Shown here: positions 13,070 to 26,600 of the stretch, piece by piece
Layout: each line of letters begins with the position of its first letter
How positions within the stretch are numbered: the first letter of the stretch is position 1
Assembly (NCBI GenBank): GCA_977017645.1
Contig: OZ360252.1
Span: 15,500,001 to 15,564,000 of the forward strand
DNA: 64,000 bases
Origin: Torpedo marmorata
Lineage: Eukaryota
Direction: 5' to 3'
Translations under genes and position numbers: made by a program
Notes under the pieces: model-generated
Seen by the model: only the letters and a program-made list of their open reading frames with translations
Databases searched by the model: none
What the model was told of the DNA's origin: nothing

Positions 13070-13560
13070 TATATTGTCGATACAGAAGTCAATACAGAAG
13101 ATCATCAAAACGGCCGAGAAGATCACTGGGGTTACCCTTTCGCCTATTCACGACATTTACCGGGATCATTTAATGGGGCTAGGAAATTCGATAAAAACAT
13201 TTCCATCCAGCACACAGCATCTTTGACCCACGAACATCAGGGAGGATGTAAAGGAGAATCAAAGTCAGGACTGCCAGGCTGGGAAATAGTTTCTTCCCGC
13301 AAGCTGTGAGATTGATAAACAGAAGCCTGTAATGGAGTAAATCGTCCCAAAATAGTCACACATATTTATTTTAAATTATATCTGTATGTATATGTGCGAT
13401 TATTATGTACTGTGTATTCTGTGTGTGTGTGTGTGTGAGTGCGTGTGTGTGTGTGTGTGTGTGTCTGTGTGTGTGCGCGTACCGTGGTTCAGAGAAACGC
13501 TGTTTTATCTCTTCGCATATATACCGTCAGATGATAATAAATGTGAACATGACTTGATCT
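13070..13560 (+). mobile_element. Degenerate Rex1-clade 3' end containing a (TG)n microsatellite (13420-13476)
   Basis: Remnant of ...SFFPQAVRLIN and an ATGATAATAAA...TGACTTGA tail, resembling the 3' end of the 91-1138 element. Confidence 0.6.
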
Positions 13561-14427
13561 TTAACATAATGGCTCCCTGACATATTTCCATCAACTCTGA
13601 AATGTCCTCATTGATCACATGGGTCACTTCTGATCACACGCAAGACGATTGAAATCCCGAACGACAAAGCAGCTCATTTCAACCATTCATTTCCAACGCT
13701 CTATCCATTCCTTCTACCGTCCCATACCGACGTTCGCTCCATGGCCGCTAAACCTGACTGCAGTATGGAGCTTGTACTAATTATATTGCACCAACTCTGC
13801 CGGGTGCTAACAATAAAGTCCTTATTCGAGCAGAAAGAACCGCAAGCGGATTGGATCAAAGGCACCAGCTGATGCCCCTCAGTCACATCACCCTGACATG
13901 CAGATACGTCCTTGTTACTTTATCATAACTGTATAAATCCTGGAAATCTCCCAGTAAAGGCCACCCAACAGTGGAGATCCAAGAGGATTTTTTTTTCTTT
14001 TTGTGGAAACGCGAGACTGCAGATGCTGGAATCTGAAGCAAACCACAAACTGTTGGACGAACCCGAACTATCAAGCAGCATCTGGTGGACAGGGTGGGCG
14101 GGAGGGGGGGGAGGGGTTGTCAAATTTCCGAGTCGGACCGTGCATCAGATTAGAAGCTGCTCGACGCCCTGAAATCTCCCAGCAGTTTGTTTGCGATTTG
14201 CTCCGTACGAACACGGTGCAGATTATTTAACGCCACCGGTTATGGACGACAGATTAAAACGGGTGTGAGTTCTGTAACACAAATTGTGATCCCAATATGA
14301 CAGAAATAATACCGCCAGAAACTGGATGAAATTTCACATCAGTCGCGGGCAGTCGGATGGTTTTACACCCGGGCGTCCCGGAACGATTCAAGCGGTGGGA
14401 CCGAAGTAAGAAAAGGCGGATCATTAC

Positions 14428-14742
14428 CTGAGCAGATAACGCCGGCATCGTTGTTGTGTGAAGATCCATATAAACCCCATGGTGCCGATGGACAGTCCCG
14501 CAGAGCGTTCTCATTCCCGATGCACATAACGTACCGCGTCACTTCCGGTCCGGTCCCCGGTCCAAAGTGAGATTTGCGCGGGGCTTGCAGCGCGGCGCCG
14601 CAGCCCGTCTCCCGACACACCACAGCCGCATCGTCCAGGTCCCAGCCGGTATCTTCCACAGTTCCCCAGAATCCCCGGTGGTAAACCTCCACTCTCCCTG
14701 CGCACGGACTGCCCCCATTCACCAGCCTCAACACGACGCTTT
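14428..14742 (-). CDS. Gene A SRCR exon (N-terminal SRCR domain), lacks Cys2 and Cys7
   Basis: TTTCAG| acceptor, |GTAATG donor, 315 bp, phase 1-1. Translates ESVVLRLVNGGSPCAGRVEVYHRGFWGTVEDTGWDLDDAAVVCRETGCG...DAGVICS. Confidence 0.93.
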
Positions 14743-15361
14743 CTGAAACAAAACAGAAACATCAGCACCGGGATCGCCAGCGGCTCGTTCCGCGTCTCGG
14801 CGCACCGCGCTCCCAGCTCACCACCGTTCACCCATTCAACGTCCACACATCTTCAACGGAAGAGCCAGTCTGTGGTATACCCCGAATAAACTGCCTAAAG
14901 TGGCGAATACATGCAGTCATTTGGTAAACGTTCCAAGTACCGGGAGTCACACGGTTGTTCCAGGGAACAAGGCGGCTCCCAGGACGAGAGGGGCGTGCCC
15001 GTTTACACTCTCCAGAGAGCGGCTGATGGGAGAGTCGTGTCGGAGGCCGGTTGTAGCCAGTTCCCATCGCCATGTCGTGGACCCAACAAGTGGTGTTGGT
15101 ATGAACCTATTCTGGAAACTGAACATCAAAGGAGAAAGCGTCGGAGTGGGTCTTCAGCACGACAAAGGTGGGGTAAACTATGGGAGCTCATTTGCACCCC
15201 GGAACAATGTCAACGTGGTCAGTGCACGACACCGCGCCGTTCAGAAACCTGTTTGATTGTCGCCCACGTGAATTTAGCGCTCACCTCTAAGCTGCAAATC
15301 TTTAGTAACAACCAGTCTCAACAGCCCCACACTAAACACAGTGAAAATTAAATGCCATTAC

Positions 15362-15394
15362 CTGATCGGTCAGCCAGACAATTCCTGAGGCGGT
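15362..15394 (-). CDS. Gene A exon 2 (33 bp, end of signal peptide)
   Basis: Strong acceptor CTTTATTTCTCATTCCAG| and donor |GTAATG, phase 1-1. Joins exon 1 to SRCR1 in frame: (Y)RLRNCLADRS(E). Confidence 0.7.
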
Positions 15395-16984
15395 CTGGAA
15401 TGAGAAATAAAGAATTAGATTTGGCTCTCGGCGGCCTGTGGGTTTCGGATGTGCGAGGGAGGGCTTCATGGGGAGGCCGGACAACAAATTAATAAACACA
15501 AAGGAAAAAGTACCGACAGCAAACTGAGGGGTGTGTTTGAACACATCGACGGAGAGTCTGTTACAGCAAATAATTTAAGAATCACACCTGTTTTTCTTTA
15601 TTAATGAAACTGCAATCAATCCTCGGCAACTATTAATTCACATTGTGCCTTCATTAAGAACGAAAATAGATTTCAGATCTGCTGACATCAGGGTAGGATT
15701 TTCCCCGTGAGCTGGATGTCACGACTGATTAGTTTTCTATCTCCAGGAGACACGACGATTGCTGATAATGAATCTGCTGCTGCCACCTTCATAGGACAAT
15801 TTGCTGCGTTAGCGGGTTTTCGGCCCGTGGAGACAATACCAGCCCATTTCGTGGTCTATCAGATGAGGGCATCTTCACTCGCCTTTCCCCGTTGATCTGG
15901 AAATTTGTTGCAATGTCATTCTATTTATTCCAGTGGAAAGTGCCTGATGCAATCCATGGAGAAGAACTTTCTCTTTGACCCCTGCGCTGCTTATGATTGT
16001 GGCGCTCATTCTGTCTCGAGCTGCGATTCTCATTTGAATTTGAAATTTCACAGGCAAAGTTCCATATGCCACACACGTTCATGTTAATATGTCAGCTTCC
16101 TGCTGTTGAAATCTCCGGGATCATGAGCAAGATTAGTTCATGGAGAGGTACAGGTCGTTCAGCTCAACTCGCCGATGTGGAACAAGTTGGCAATCTTGGT
16201 TGGTGACTTTTTCTGGCAATTATTAAGCCGTTCCCGTGCATATATCTGTCCAAATGTATTTTTCACGTGTGAACCTTCCCGCTTCTGCTGACTATTCAGG
16301 CCAGGTACGTCGTTCCAGATAAGGACCATCTTCCGAGTGCAATGACTTACCCCTCGGGTCCCCTTTAAATCTCAGACTGAACCTGTCCCTCTAGTTGTAG
16401 ATTCGTCTATCCAGGGATAAAAAGATTGTGAGGATTCACTTTATTCATGCTCGTCATGAACGTATGAACATCGGTCAGGTCACATCAAGCCTCATATGCT
16501 CTGTGACACAATGCCACAGCGTATTTACCCTCTTACTCTGCCTCTTGCCCTATTGTCCCACCACTTTCCTCGTCACCCTCATTTGCACCACTTCCAACAT
16601 TTTTGATGTCCTTCCTGCAAATAAACGACCAGAATTCTCAAATCTCACAAACATCTTGTGCAGGTGAATCATGTGGGTACAACATTTGTACGTGGACACA
16701 GCACCGATGCCTGCCTAACTTCTCCAGCCGCGGCCCTCCAATCAAAACTAATTCCGAACACCAATCTCGACTGTCCCATTCCTCCAAACCAATCTTGAAT
16801 CCAAATGGTCAGCTCCTCTGGTCCCACGAAATCTAGCCTTCCGGACGAAACTGCAATGCGGATCTTGTCAAAGTTCATATTATCAGTGTCCACTGCTCTG
16901 AACTTGTAAGTCTTCGTCACTTTTTCCAAAGAAATCTTCTTTGCTCAACAGTACCATCGACAAAATTTTCTCCTGATTATTTAG

Positions 16985-18900
16985 TAAATGTAAAGAAATT
17001 ACACAATTCAAATGATCAAAGGAAGGAATTAAATATCTGGGAATAAAGATTGATACAAAATTAGCTAATTTATATAAATTAAATTATCTACCATTATTTA
17101 CGAAAATTAAAAAAAATTTAGAAAGTTGGAAGGATTTACCTATAACTTTAATAGGAAGGGTAAACTGTATTAAAATGAATATCTTTCCAAGAATTCAATA
17201 TCGTTTCCAGTCAATTCCTTACGAAATTCCTTTGAAATTCTTTAAGGATTTAAATTTATTTATTAGGAATTTTTTGGTGGAAAGGAAAGTTGGCTAGATT
17301 AAGTACAGAGAAATTAACTTGGAACTGTGAAATAGGTGGTTTGCAACTTCCTAATTTTCCAAATTACTGTAAAGCAGCTCAAGTAAAATATGTTATTGGA
17401 ATGTTTGATTTAGGTAAGTCTTCTGCTTGGATTAGAATAGAATTAAATAATATAGGAGAAGATTTGAAAGAAGAAGTTATTTATAAATGAAATTCTAAAT
17501 TACATTTAATAAGAGGGAAGGATTCTCCTATTTTTAAACATTTGTTAGAAATATGGAATAGAGTGGATAGTGAGATAGGAGGGAAAGGCTCAATTTCTCT
17601 AAAAATGCCTCGATATCAAAATAAACATTCCATTTACTGTTGATAATCAATTATTTAAAATTTGGTTCCAAAAGGGAATTAAGAAAACAAATGATTGTTT
17701 TGAAGCGAGTAAATTTATTACTTTTCAAAGAATGAAAGATGTATAATGTATCGAATCATACACTTTTTGTTTATTATCAAATTAGAGCATTTTTCGTTGG
17801 GAAGTTAGGTTATAGTTTGATTCTACCAAGGCAGAGTGAACTAGAATTATTAGTTACTAATGGAGGCGTAAATACATTTATTTCTAAAATGTATAGATTG
17901 TTTTAGAGAAAAATCCCGTAAGTAGGAATTCATAAATCAAGATTAAAATAGGAATCAGATTTGAATGTAACAATAGATGAAGACCATTGGAAAGAATTAT
18001 GTAAATTAAGTATGACGAAGATTATTAACTTTAGATATAGATTAGTTCATATAAATATTTTCATCAATTATATTTAAAGCCTAAAAAATTAAATAAATTT
18101 AATTCGACATTATCAGGTTTATGTTTTAGATGTAATAGAGAGGAAGGTTCTTTTGTACATTCTACATGGTTTTGTCCAAAGATATATGATTTTTGGTTGA
18201 AAGTAAAAAACCTTTTAGATAAAGTATTGAATATAACACTTCCATTGGACCCTATGATATTTTTGTTTGGAGATATTAAAATAATTAGTATTAATATGAA
18301 ATTAAATATGTATCAAATAGAATTTTTGCGAATTTCTTTAGCTGTTTCTTACAAATGCATTGCTATTACTTGGAAATCTGATGTAGATTTAGGGTTAGAG
18401 CGATGGCATGCAGAACTTCGTTCATGTATACCACTTGAAAACATTACTTATAATTTACGTAATAAATACCATTTATTTTTGAAAATATGGAGCCCACATA
18501 TAAAAGCTGTTGGTTTTAGGATTTGAATCTCTAGACATCGCATCTGTCTGGCGAACCTCTCCTCCACAATAAAATCAGTTTATAGATATACTTTATAGAT
18601 TGACATTCTCTTTACTCTATCTTTTCCTTTCTTTTTTTAATATTAGAGTAGATTAGTATGGGCTCCCCGTGCTTTCTGCGTGGTTGTCGGCTGGGCCGTA
18701 CAGTGTACTGTGCGACTGAGCTGCACCTCATCGGTGAGTCGGTGTGAGTCAGTGGGGTGGGAGGGTTAGGGAAAGAAGGGAGGGAGGGGGGTGAAAATGT
18801 ATCACATGTAATTTGATAATTATATATTTTAATTTATGTTCTTCGTGATTTAAAATTTTAAATAAATATATTTTTTTAAATAAAAATAAAGATAAAAATT
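16985..18900 (+). mobile_element. L1-clade LINE, 5'-truncated, degenerate
   Basis: KYLGIKI, LIGRVNCIKMNIFPRIQY, GGLQLPNF, CFRC...HSTWFCPK and CIPLENITYNLR motifs; AATAAA and an A-rich tail near 18860-18900. Confidence 0.85.
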
Positions 18901-19689
18901 AATTCCTGATTATTTTTCCACGTCGGATTATCTTAATGTGTAAAATGTGACGTTAAATTGTATTTTTAACCTTGCTTGTGCTGAATCCGTGAATAATATT
19001 CAAGGATTTGGTCAAATGGGTGTATTTCTGCAGCGCGGGCTCGTGGGCAGGAAGGGCCTGTTACCGTGTTGTATCTCTAAATTAATATTCCAACGTTCAC
19101 ACATTGGTTTATTTCTGCCCCGGGTTATCGGCAACAGTAGAGCATAATTTGCCCGCACTCCTGAGTGCTCTTTCAGACTTTGCTCAGGTAATAGGTGCTC
19201 ACTCGCGAATTGTCATTTTCTTTTATTTGATTAAGTGGGAAATTTTAGTTTTATTTTACAACTTAAAGGCCTTTGTTCACCTTTTTCCTCCTGTCATGTA
19301 TACTGATTATATTAGCTCAGAGCGAATGAACAATAAAATGAGTGAGCAACACACTCTTTATTTTAGAGCCATATCTCGCTCCAGAATAATATTTACAGGT
19401 CAAGCCCACCCCGACATTGGAGAATATATTTTGTCAGGCGTGCCTCAAGATTCTTCAAATATTTCATGCAAGTTAAATCAATATTATTCCACCGCTGCGA
19501 TTGTTTAACTGTATAATATTGCATTTCTTTGCTTGTAGCGATAAAATTAAACCCATCAGCCACTTTGCGTCCAGACAGAGCATGGAGAGTTATTTTATTT
19601 TATGGAGATTTTGTTTTATAAAACCATTTGCTTTGCCTCTCGTTATATTCCTTCATTAAACCAATCGTCACGCATCAACTCCCCCTTGA

Positions 19690-19870
19690 TACTTTTCGTG
19701 ATTCACTAATCAGTCATTTATGACAGACAATTAACCTACCGATGCGAAAGCTATTGGATGTGGGAGGAATCCACGGTACCCGGAGAAACCCACGGGAATA
19801 GCGGGTAAACCTTCGAGGTTCACGCAGACAACGCCGGAGGTTAGCATTGGACCAGGGTCACCATAGCTTA
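19690..19870 (-). mobile_element. V-SINE (tRNA-derived) remnant
   Basis: V-domain-like CCCGTGGGTTTCTCCGGGTACCGTGGATTCCTCCCACATCC on the minus strand. Confidence 0.6.
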
Positions 19871-21064
19871 ACTGAGGTCTCAGGCCCTACACAGTGGTCA
19901 CCCTTCACTTGCCATGGATGCTGCGTGATCTGCTGAGTTCCTCCAGCACTGTTGTGTATTACATTTTCTACGATAGCTTTACCGGGGCAGCACTAATATA
20001 ATTGAATGGAGGTTTAATGTAAGAGGAATGTTCTTCACAGTGAGCTGCAGCCTCACAGGAGAAGAGACCCAGGTGTAATCCTGTGGTCAGTTGCTGCTGT
20101 CCGTAGTTTGCACGTGCTCCCTTGACAGCGCTGGTTCCCCTTCACATCACAAGGACGAGCGTGATTCCAGGATAATTGGCCAATGTAAATTGTCCTTCCT
20201 GAGTGAGTGTGTTGACCTGTATGATATTGGGATTAATCGTGAATATGTGTGACTGCTGCTGGGGGGTATTCGTTGGGACGACGGTCCTCTTACCATACGC
20301 TTTGATTCTATGACTCTCCACGTCATTCCCCTGCACTATGTTTTAGTCACTGATGTTTTCATTAAGAAATATCACGAAGTAGATCCATCATTTAAGGAGC
20401 CGCATGATATAATGGCAAATTACACAAACGAGATCTACATTCAATTCAAATGATGTAAACTTACAAAAATAATAAAATTTTAGTTTGCATGGGAATGTTA
20501 GTCTGGGCCTCATTTTGTAAATTGTTCACGGAGATATGTTTGTGTTACTGTTTTCGCATTTGAAAAGCTATTTTCATTAAATAGCAATGCAAACACGGTT
20601 TTACGATCTAACCGCTTTTAGCATCCAGAGAAAGAAATATACACGGACATAAACAGAGTCAAACACTTTACGCATCAGACTGACCCGTCATCTTGACAGC
20701 AAAATCGTTGCGATTGACAGCGATTGACAAGCCAGAGAACAGCTTAGAATTGTCACCAGTGCTAAACACAGGGCACGGATCCAGTGGAAATACAGTGAAG
20801 AAGCTCCTGGTATGTCATCAAATGCGGCCGAACATATTACGGAAAACGTTGGGAAACGGCAAATCGTGTTTGGACAAACGAGCATGCAGCAGGAAATGGC
20901 AGAATCCTACCCTTTCAGACGGTGAGCATTTGCTCTTGATGGGGATTAACATATATATTTAGATATTTACTGCCGACTTTGAGAAACTATGCCATCGACC
21001 GAGAAGCGCACTCAATATTCATGTCAAGGAAGGGGACGGAGATTAAGAAACAAGGTCTCATGTG

Positions 21065-21450
21065 TGCCTTTATTTTAGATACCAATTGATAAGATGATGA
21101 GAGACATTGACCGTGTGATGGTCAGAGACGTATTCGCAGGGGTGAAATGGCCAATAGGAGAGGGCACAAATTAAAGCTTGGGATAAGTCCAGGGGGGATT
21201 CAAGAGGTAGGTTTTGTCACACAGAAACTTCTGGGTGTATTGAATGCGCAATCGGCAAAGGTGCGGGAGGGACGTTCAATAAGATATTTTAGGAAACTAT
21301 TAGATAGGTTCATGGAACGGTGAAAAATGAAGGGTGATGCAGTCGGAACATTCTCCGCAGCTATTAGATTAGGTTATTAAGTCGGCACAGCACTGTGAGT
21401 TGAAGTGCTTGTACTGTGCTGTAGATTTCTATGATCTATGTTCTATGAGA
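21065..21450 (+). mobile_element. CR1 LINE 3' end
   Basis: Degenerate RG..F.QR...WN.L remnant and a (TTCTATG)n-like tail at 21426-21448. Confidence 0.65.
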
Positions 21451-21532
21451 TAAATCTTCAAAAAAGAGAAACGCAAGATCTAAAAACGCAACTAATTATG
21501 CAGCACTTGAGGAAAGAGACACGAAAAAATTA

Positions 21533-22300
21533 GTGGCGCTGCCAGAGCTGCTGTAACGGCAGCGCTGCCGCTGGTGCGGAGCAGCGGAGAGCGGGGAGCG
21601 GGGATACAGCGTTCCCTGTGGGGTGCAAGCGCCCAGTCTGACTATTCCGCTCTGTACAAGCTTTAAACGGCCTGTAAATGGAGCCGACGGTGGTTTTATT
21701 TGAACATCCCGCGACCGCGGGGTCTGGCCCAAGATGACGGCGCCTGTGATCGGCAGCAGCCACGAGGGGTTGCAGTCTCCAGGGAAGCGGACACCAGAAA
21801 ACGGGGAGACCAACCCCCGTTTGAGAAGATGAAGCAGAGGAGACCACCCACGGGACGGTGACCACGGCGGCAAACCAGTGAGGAGTTCTGAGGCTGAAGA
21901 ACACACAGGCGGCGGGCTGTTGATGACTCGGGGCGAGGGACAGATGCAGGCTGCGGGCTGCTGGTGACTGCGGTCGAGGGATTCACACCAGGCTGCGGAC
22001 TGCTGCAGACTGGCTCGAGACTGGCTGAAGGGGTACCAGGTATCGGAAACGGTGTGCGAGAGGGTGACGAGGGCGCTGAAGCTTTCCTGATCGGTCGGAC
22101 GTTCCGCTCTGGAGTTCGGGCTGCGGATGGTTTGGACTGGACTCTGTGTGGCTGCGGGAGCGCTGGAAGAGAATCCACGGACACTCGGTGATCTGGGGAG
22201 ACACTTTTGCTTCTTTTTCTCTGAATGTAAGAGGCAGTCTAAAGCAAATTGTATGTAATATTGCAAGGTTTTATAACATGGCATAAAGGAATCTTGAGTT
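21533..22300 (+). mobile_element. GC-rich non-coding retroposon, copy 1
   Basis: Collinear with 35336-36108 (+) and 29838-32098 (-); ends ATGGCATAAAGGAATCTTGA. Confidence 0.75.
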
Positions 22301-23622
22301 ATCTTTCGTTCTGTTTTTATTAACACAAATGCTGCCCATTCTGTTTAACATTCACTCTGTTTCTCCGTCCTCGGATGCCGCTGTCCTGACGAGGGTGACA
22401 CTCAAATGTCTATCCAACGTTTTGCGTTTCAGGTGAAGTTTATGAAAGACACAAAGAATCCAGCCACCATTTCTCACTAAATTGACAGAAAACCTTCCAC
22501 CTGAATGCAGCACGTTGAAAGACATTTGGAGCAAAGCTTCAAAACAACTCTTTTCCGCACAAACACGGGAAAGTGCACTTAGATGTTAAAAACATTGTCG
22601 CTTTTCGCAGGGCACATTAAAGGGACAACTGAACATTTAATTTGAATCATAATGTCACACGTTTGAGGAAAATTGATTACAAATTAAACTCCGCCACTCT
22701 TTGAAAATTTCAGTTCCACCATCCTTCCATATGTGTGTTTAAGATAAATAACGAACTAATGTGAATGGTAAGTGTTCATTCTCAATCAGGGTCACATTTA
22801 ATGATGAAATATATAAATCCTTCCCAATAACATGATAGTAAATACAGTATTTGAACTCCTTCATTTCACTGCATCGCACGGTGTGCAGAAAGAGATGTGA
22901 CCGATAATCATCAGCGTCAGGAATGTGTTCGCCGATTCAGTCAGCAGCAGCTGCAGGTTCGGCTCTCTTCTCACACGCTGAGTTTACACACTCCCGCCTC
23001 TGAATATACTCTTTCCCAGCAATGACTGCCCCTCTATTTCTTATGAACCAAGACTATAAATCTTATTCAAAGATGAGCTCACAAGAGCCGCGGGGTTAAT
23101 GTGCAGGCGATTTGAAACGCCGGAATATATCAGCGTCACCTCTGCAAAATTCCACTCTTCCCAGAAATATTGACGGGAAATTACAATATCACCATCAATG
23201 TAAAGCAATCCAAATATTAATACTGTCGCCGGCTGAACTGAACACGCGTATAATAACAAACACAACAGTAAGTGTTACCATGGACTGCAAATTAAGCAAT
23301 ACATTTCACTGTCCATTCTCGGTGTCAGGAATTTGAGTTAGCTTAATGTTCTCATTCTTTCTGCCCTTGTGCTCTAAATATAAGACAACTTAAAGCAACA
23401 ATTGGATGGGTGAAAAATTCACCGATGGAGGATATATTTACCGTGTTAATATACTGAAGAAGTTTCACCACAATAAAAACATTCAGAGACTCAAAAAACG
23501 TTTGCTTCCTCTGCTCCTCAATGTTCAGTAATTCAATAGTCGATTTAAGCAAATCTAAATTTTAATTATGATCATCATTGCAAGTATAAACCGGATTCTA
23601 TCAATATTCTTAATAAACTCAC

Positions 23623-23668
23623 AGTTCCAGATGAGCACTATCATCAGTATCAAGAGGGACCGAAGCAT
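23623..23668 (-). CDS. Gene A exon 1 coding part (signal peptide)
   Basis: ATG at 23668 (AGAATGC context), MLRSLLILMIVLIWN plus 1 nt, consensus donor |GTGAGT, phase 1 like all downstream exons. Linkage to gene A is inferred. Confidence 0.7.
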
Positions 23669-26600
23669 TCTCCCGGTGGTCAGTTATAGTGACGGTTCGA
23701 ACACTGATCACTGAAGCAGTCTCTCCAAGACTTCTGACATTCCAGTTCTTCTGAGACTTAATTATTTGAAACCTACCTTACATCAATCTCATGTCTTACT
23801 CCAACAAATAACCAATAACCTTTGATTGAAATCAGGCGTGAATTGCAGTCTGCTTGAATGAACCAATGAGAAACAACCTTCCCATTAATGGAGATAACAG
23901 GGTCATCTTTTTTCTTCTCCTTCTCCTGAGTAACAAATGACTCGAGTGAGTCTGAACAGAGAAACGGACCGAAAACCTGCATCCAAGAAGCACACAGTCA
24001 TCGAAACGTACCGTAGTGGCGAAGATTAATTGTTCTATTGCAAAGAGTGTATTCCAGGTTTTCTGGCTATTTTGTGACCCCATTTCCCCGTGTTACCGCC
24101 CGCCCTTACCTAGTGCACTTAATAGCAAAGAATCCCCATCTCCCTGTTCTCCTCAGCCTCTTTCCAACCTCTCACAGTTCTGAACGTCGCACGTTGTTAC
24201 AGATTCAAGGGGTTTAAAGAAGAAAACAGCAAAACTCTCTCGTCTATGCTTATCCATCTGAATATCTCGATGGCCCATCCATTACCTACTGGCTTTACCA
24301 TACAACGTGGCGAATAAAAATAGATGTCAAGTCCCAGGATAAACACAAATACTTTCGCAAAGTTTCTCATTCTTTCAAGATGGACGGATAATTTCCAGCG
24401 CCAGTGATCCTTCCCATTTGTGATAAAATATAAATAATTTGCAGATGGTGTACTTTCTCTTCCCCCCCCCCCTTTTATTTTACCGGAATTGCTATTCCGA
24501 ACCTGCGCAATGTATTTACTTCATTTACATTCTCCCTGTCTCAATATAGGAACGTGCCGAGAAGCTCAGCTGGTCACCCAGCATCCATAGGAACCAAAGT
24601 GTAACCAACCTTTCCGCACTGGGCGCTTGGTCAAGAATGATGATGGATTGCTGTAGATGCTGCGTGACCAGCCGAGTTTCTCCTGCACATTTATGTCTTG
24701 CACTTGACTGCAGGATCTGCAGATATTATTTTTGTTTAATTCTGTCAGGCTCACACTCTCGCTGTCACCCCCGGTTAGAATTTTGAATGTGCTCAAATTC
24801 ACTTTTTTCTTCATTCTTCCTCCTCGTTTTGAGTGAGTGATATGGATGGTGATACGGGCCAAGCGCGGTCAGGAGGTATGTTTTGGTCGGCATACTCAAG
24901 TTGGGCTGAAGCGCCTGTTTCCACGCAGTCTGACTCTGTGACTCTCATTGACTCGGAGAAAATATTGCAAAATTTCCTGCATTGCTGCTAACTGTATCCG
25001 GCTGCCAGGATGCAAATTGTCTCCAAAGTGAATGAAGAGTTCAGTGGTTAGACATGCATGGCACATACAGGTGCTGCTCCATTTTGCATGCCGTCTTTAT
25101 TTCCTCTTTCTCCATCTTTGAGTTCTGGTCATGGCACGTGGCCCACACCATGTTGCCAAGATTACATCCTTTCTCTTTCTGATTTTGTTTCCTCTCCACC
25201 ATGGTGAACAGGCTTCCCGACTGTACCTGCACCATTTCCCCATGCTTGGATAAGTCCCGAAGATGCAATTATTTCACTGGAAGCTGTTTGACCATCACTT
25301 TCTACAAATAAATTAGGGCTGTGCCCTGCCTAGTCACTGTGTCAACGCCACTCTCTAATTGGCTGATTGCTTTAAAATCAATTCAAAGGGAGATGGGGAG
25401 AACTTAACTGAAAATCATTCCAATGTACGAATAGAAAATATTAACATGAAGTACATCTGGAATGGTGGAAACACACAGCAGGCCAGGAAGTACTTGGTGA
25501 GTAAGAAGTGTTGAGGCTTTGTCTTTGACGTTCTGCCTCCGCCAAGAAATGTGATCACTGTGAGTGAATACGAGCTCGTGCTGAGGTAAATGAAAGGGTA
25601 ACGGGAGCAGAGAACAGAAGTTAAGGAATGTTCATAGAAGGAAAGTTTGTGTCAGCTATGGAATGGATATATGAACCATACTCTGAATATTGGAGCTGTG
25701 TGTAGAAGCTGAAAGTTATGAATTCACGGTTGCATCATACGACATGTGATCAGCCGTAAGGAAAATAAATGAGAATGATTCGCAGATTATATTGGTTTTC
25801 TTGGAACGGTATAGCCTCTCAGGTAAAGAGGGAATGAAATGAGAATTAAAGGTGTATGTTCTGAAGCTGAACAATATTTGGAAAGAAAAGAAGAGAAGTC
25901 ATGAAGTTTTGAGAAGGTAAATGTAAGAAGGTACAAACATTTCTGGGAAATATCTAATCCTGTTTATAAGCCATAGTCAACGATAACTCTTCCAAATATA
26001 ATACCCATTTCTCCAGTTTAATCAGCTCCACTCTTCACCTTCCCGCTTTCCAGTCTGTTTCTATTCCAATTTTCAGAATAGCAAAGGTTTTATTTTCTCC
26101 ACACTATGCCAGTAGCCTCAATCAAATCTCTGAATGCTTTTCCCACAGCAATTATCAACACAAATTTCAAGTGATGCCACACCTCCTCTAACCACAAATT
26201 CCATTGCATCAATGAAACTTAGTCGGAAACAGAATTGTTGTGTTAATTCCATGTAAAAATTAAAACTATAATTCAATGTCAGTATTACAAGGAGCTAGGT
26301 TATAGTAATTAGTTGGGCACATAGAGTATTATAAGGAACCAAATCCGATTTATAGCTTCAGTGGTTAACTCAATAAATCTAATCACCTTGGGAATGCCGA
26401 ATAATGTTCAATCCTTGCACAGTGGAAAAATTTAGAAAGAGAACATCCAATCATGAAGATAACGTTAAATTTAAATGGCATAATCTTTAAGACACACGAT
26501 TCATCATTTGCTTTTTCGGAATTCCAAATTATAGAAGAGTGAGATAGAACAGTTATGGTTTACAATAATGCTACACATGATGTAGTAATACAGAGATTGG

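Noticed and set aside
14828-15351. Overlapping ORFs upstream of SRCR1, considered as an Ig or other domain
   Set aside because: No Ig Cys/Trp pattern and no in-phase splice pair; explained by high GC.
21496-22326. Long ORFs of 276 aa here and 273 aa at 35246..36067
   Set aside because: Stop-poor frames of the GC-rich repeat; no domain and no consistent frame across copies.
23083-23141. Possible exon with good AG/GT sites just after exon 1
   Set aside because: Joining to exon 1 gives TAG, and it ends in phase 0, incompatible with the phase-1 SRCR exons.
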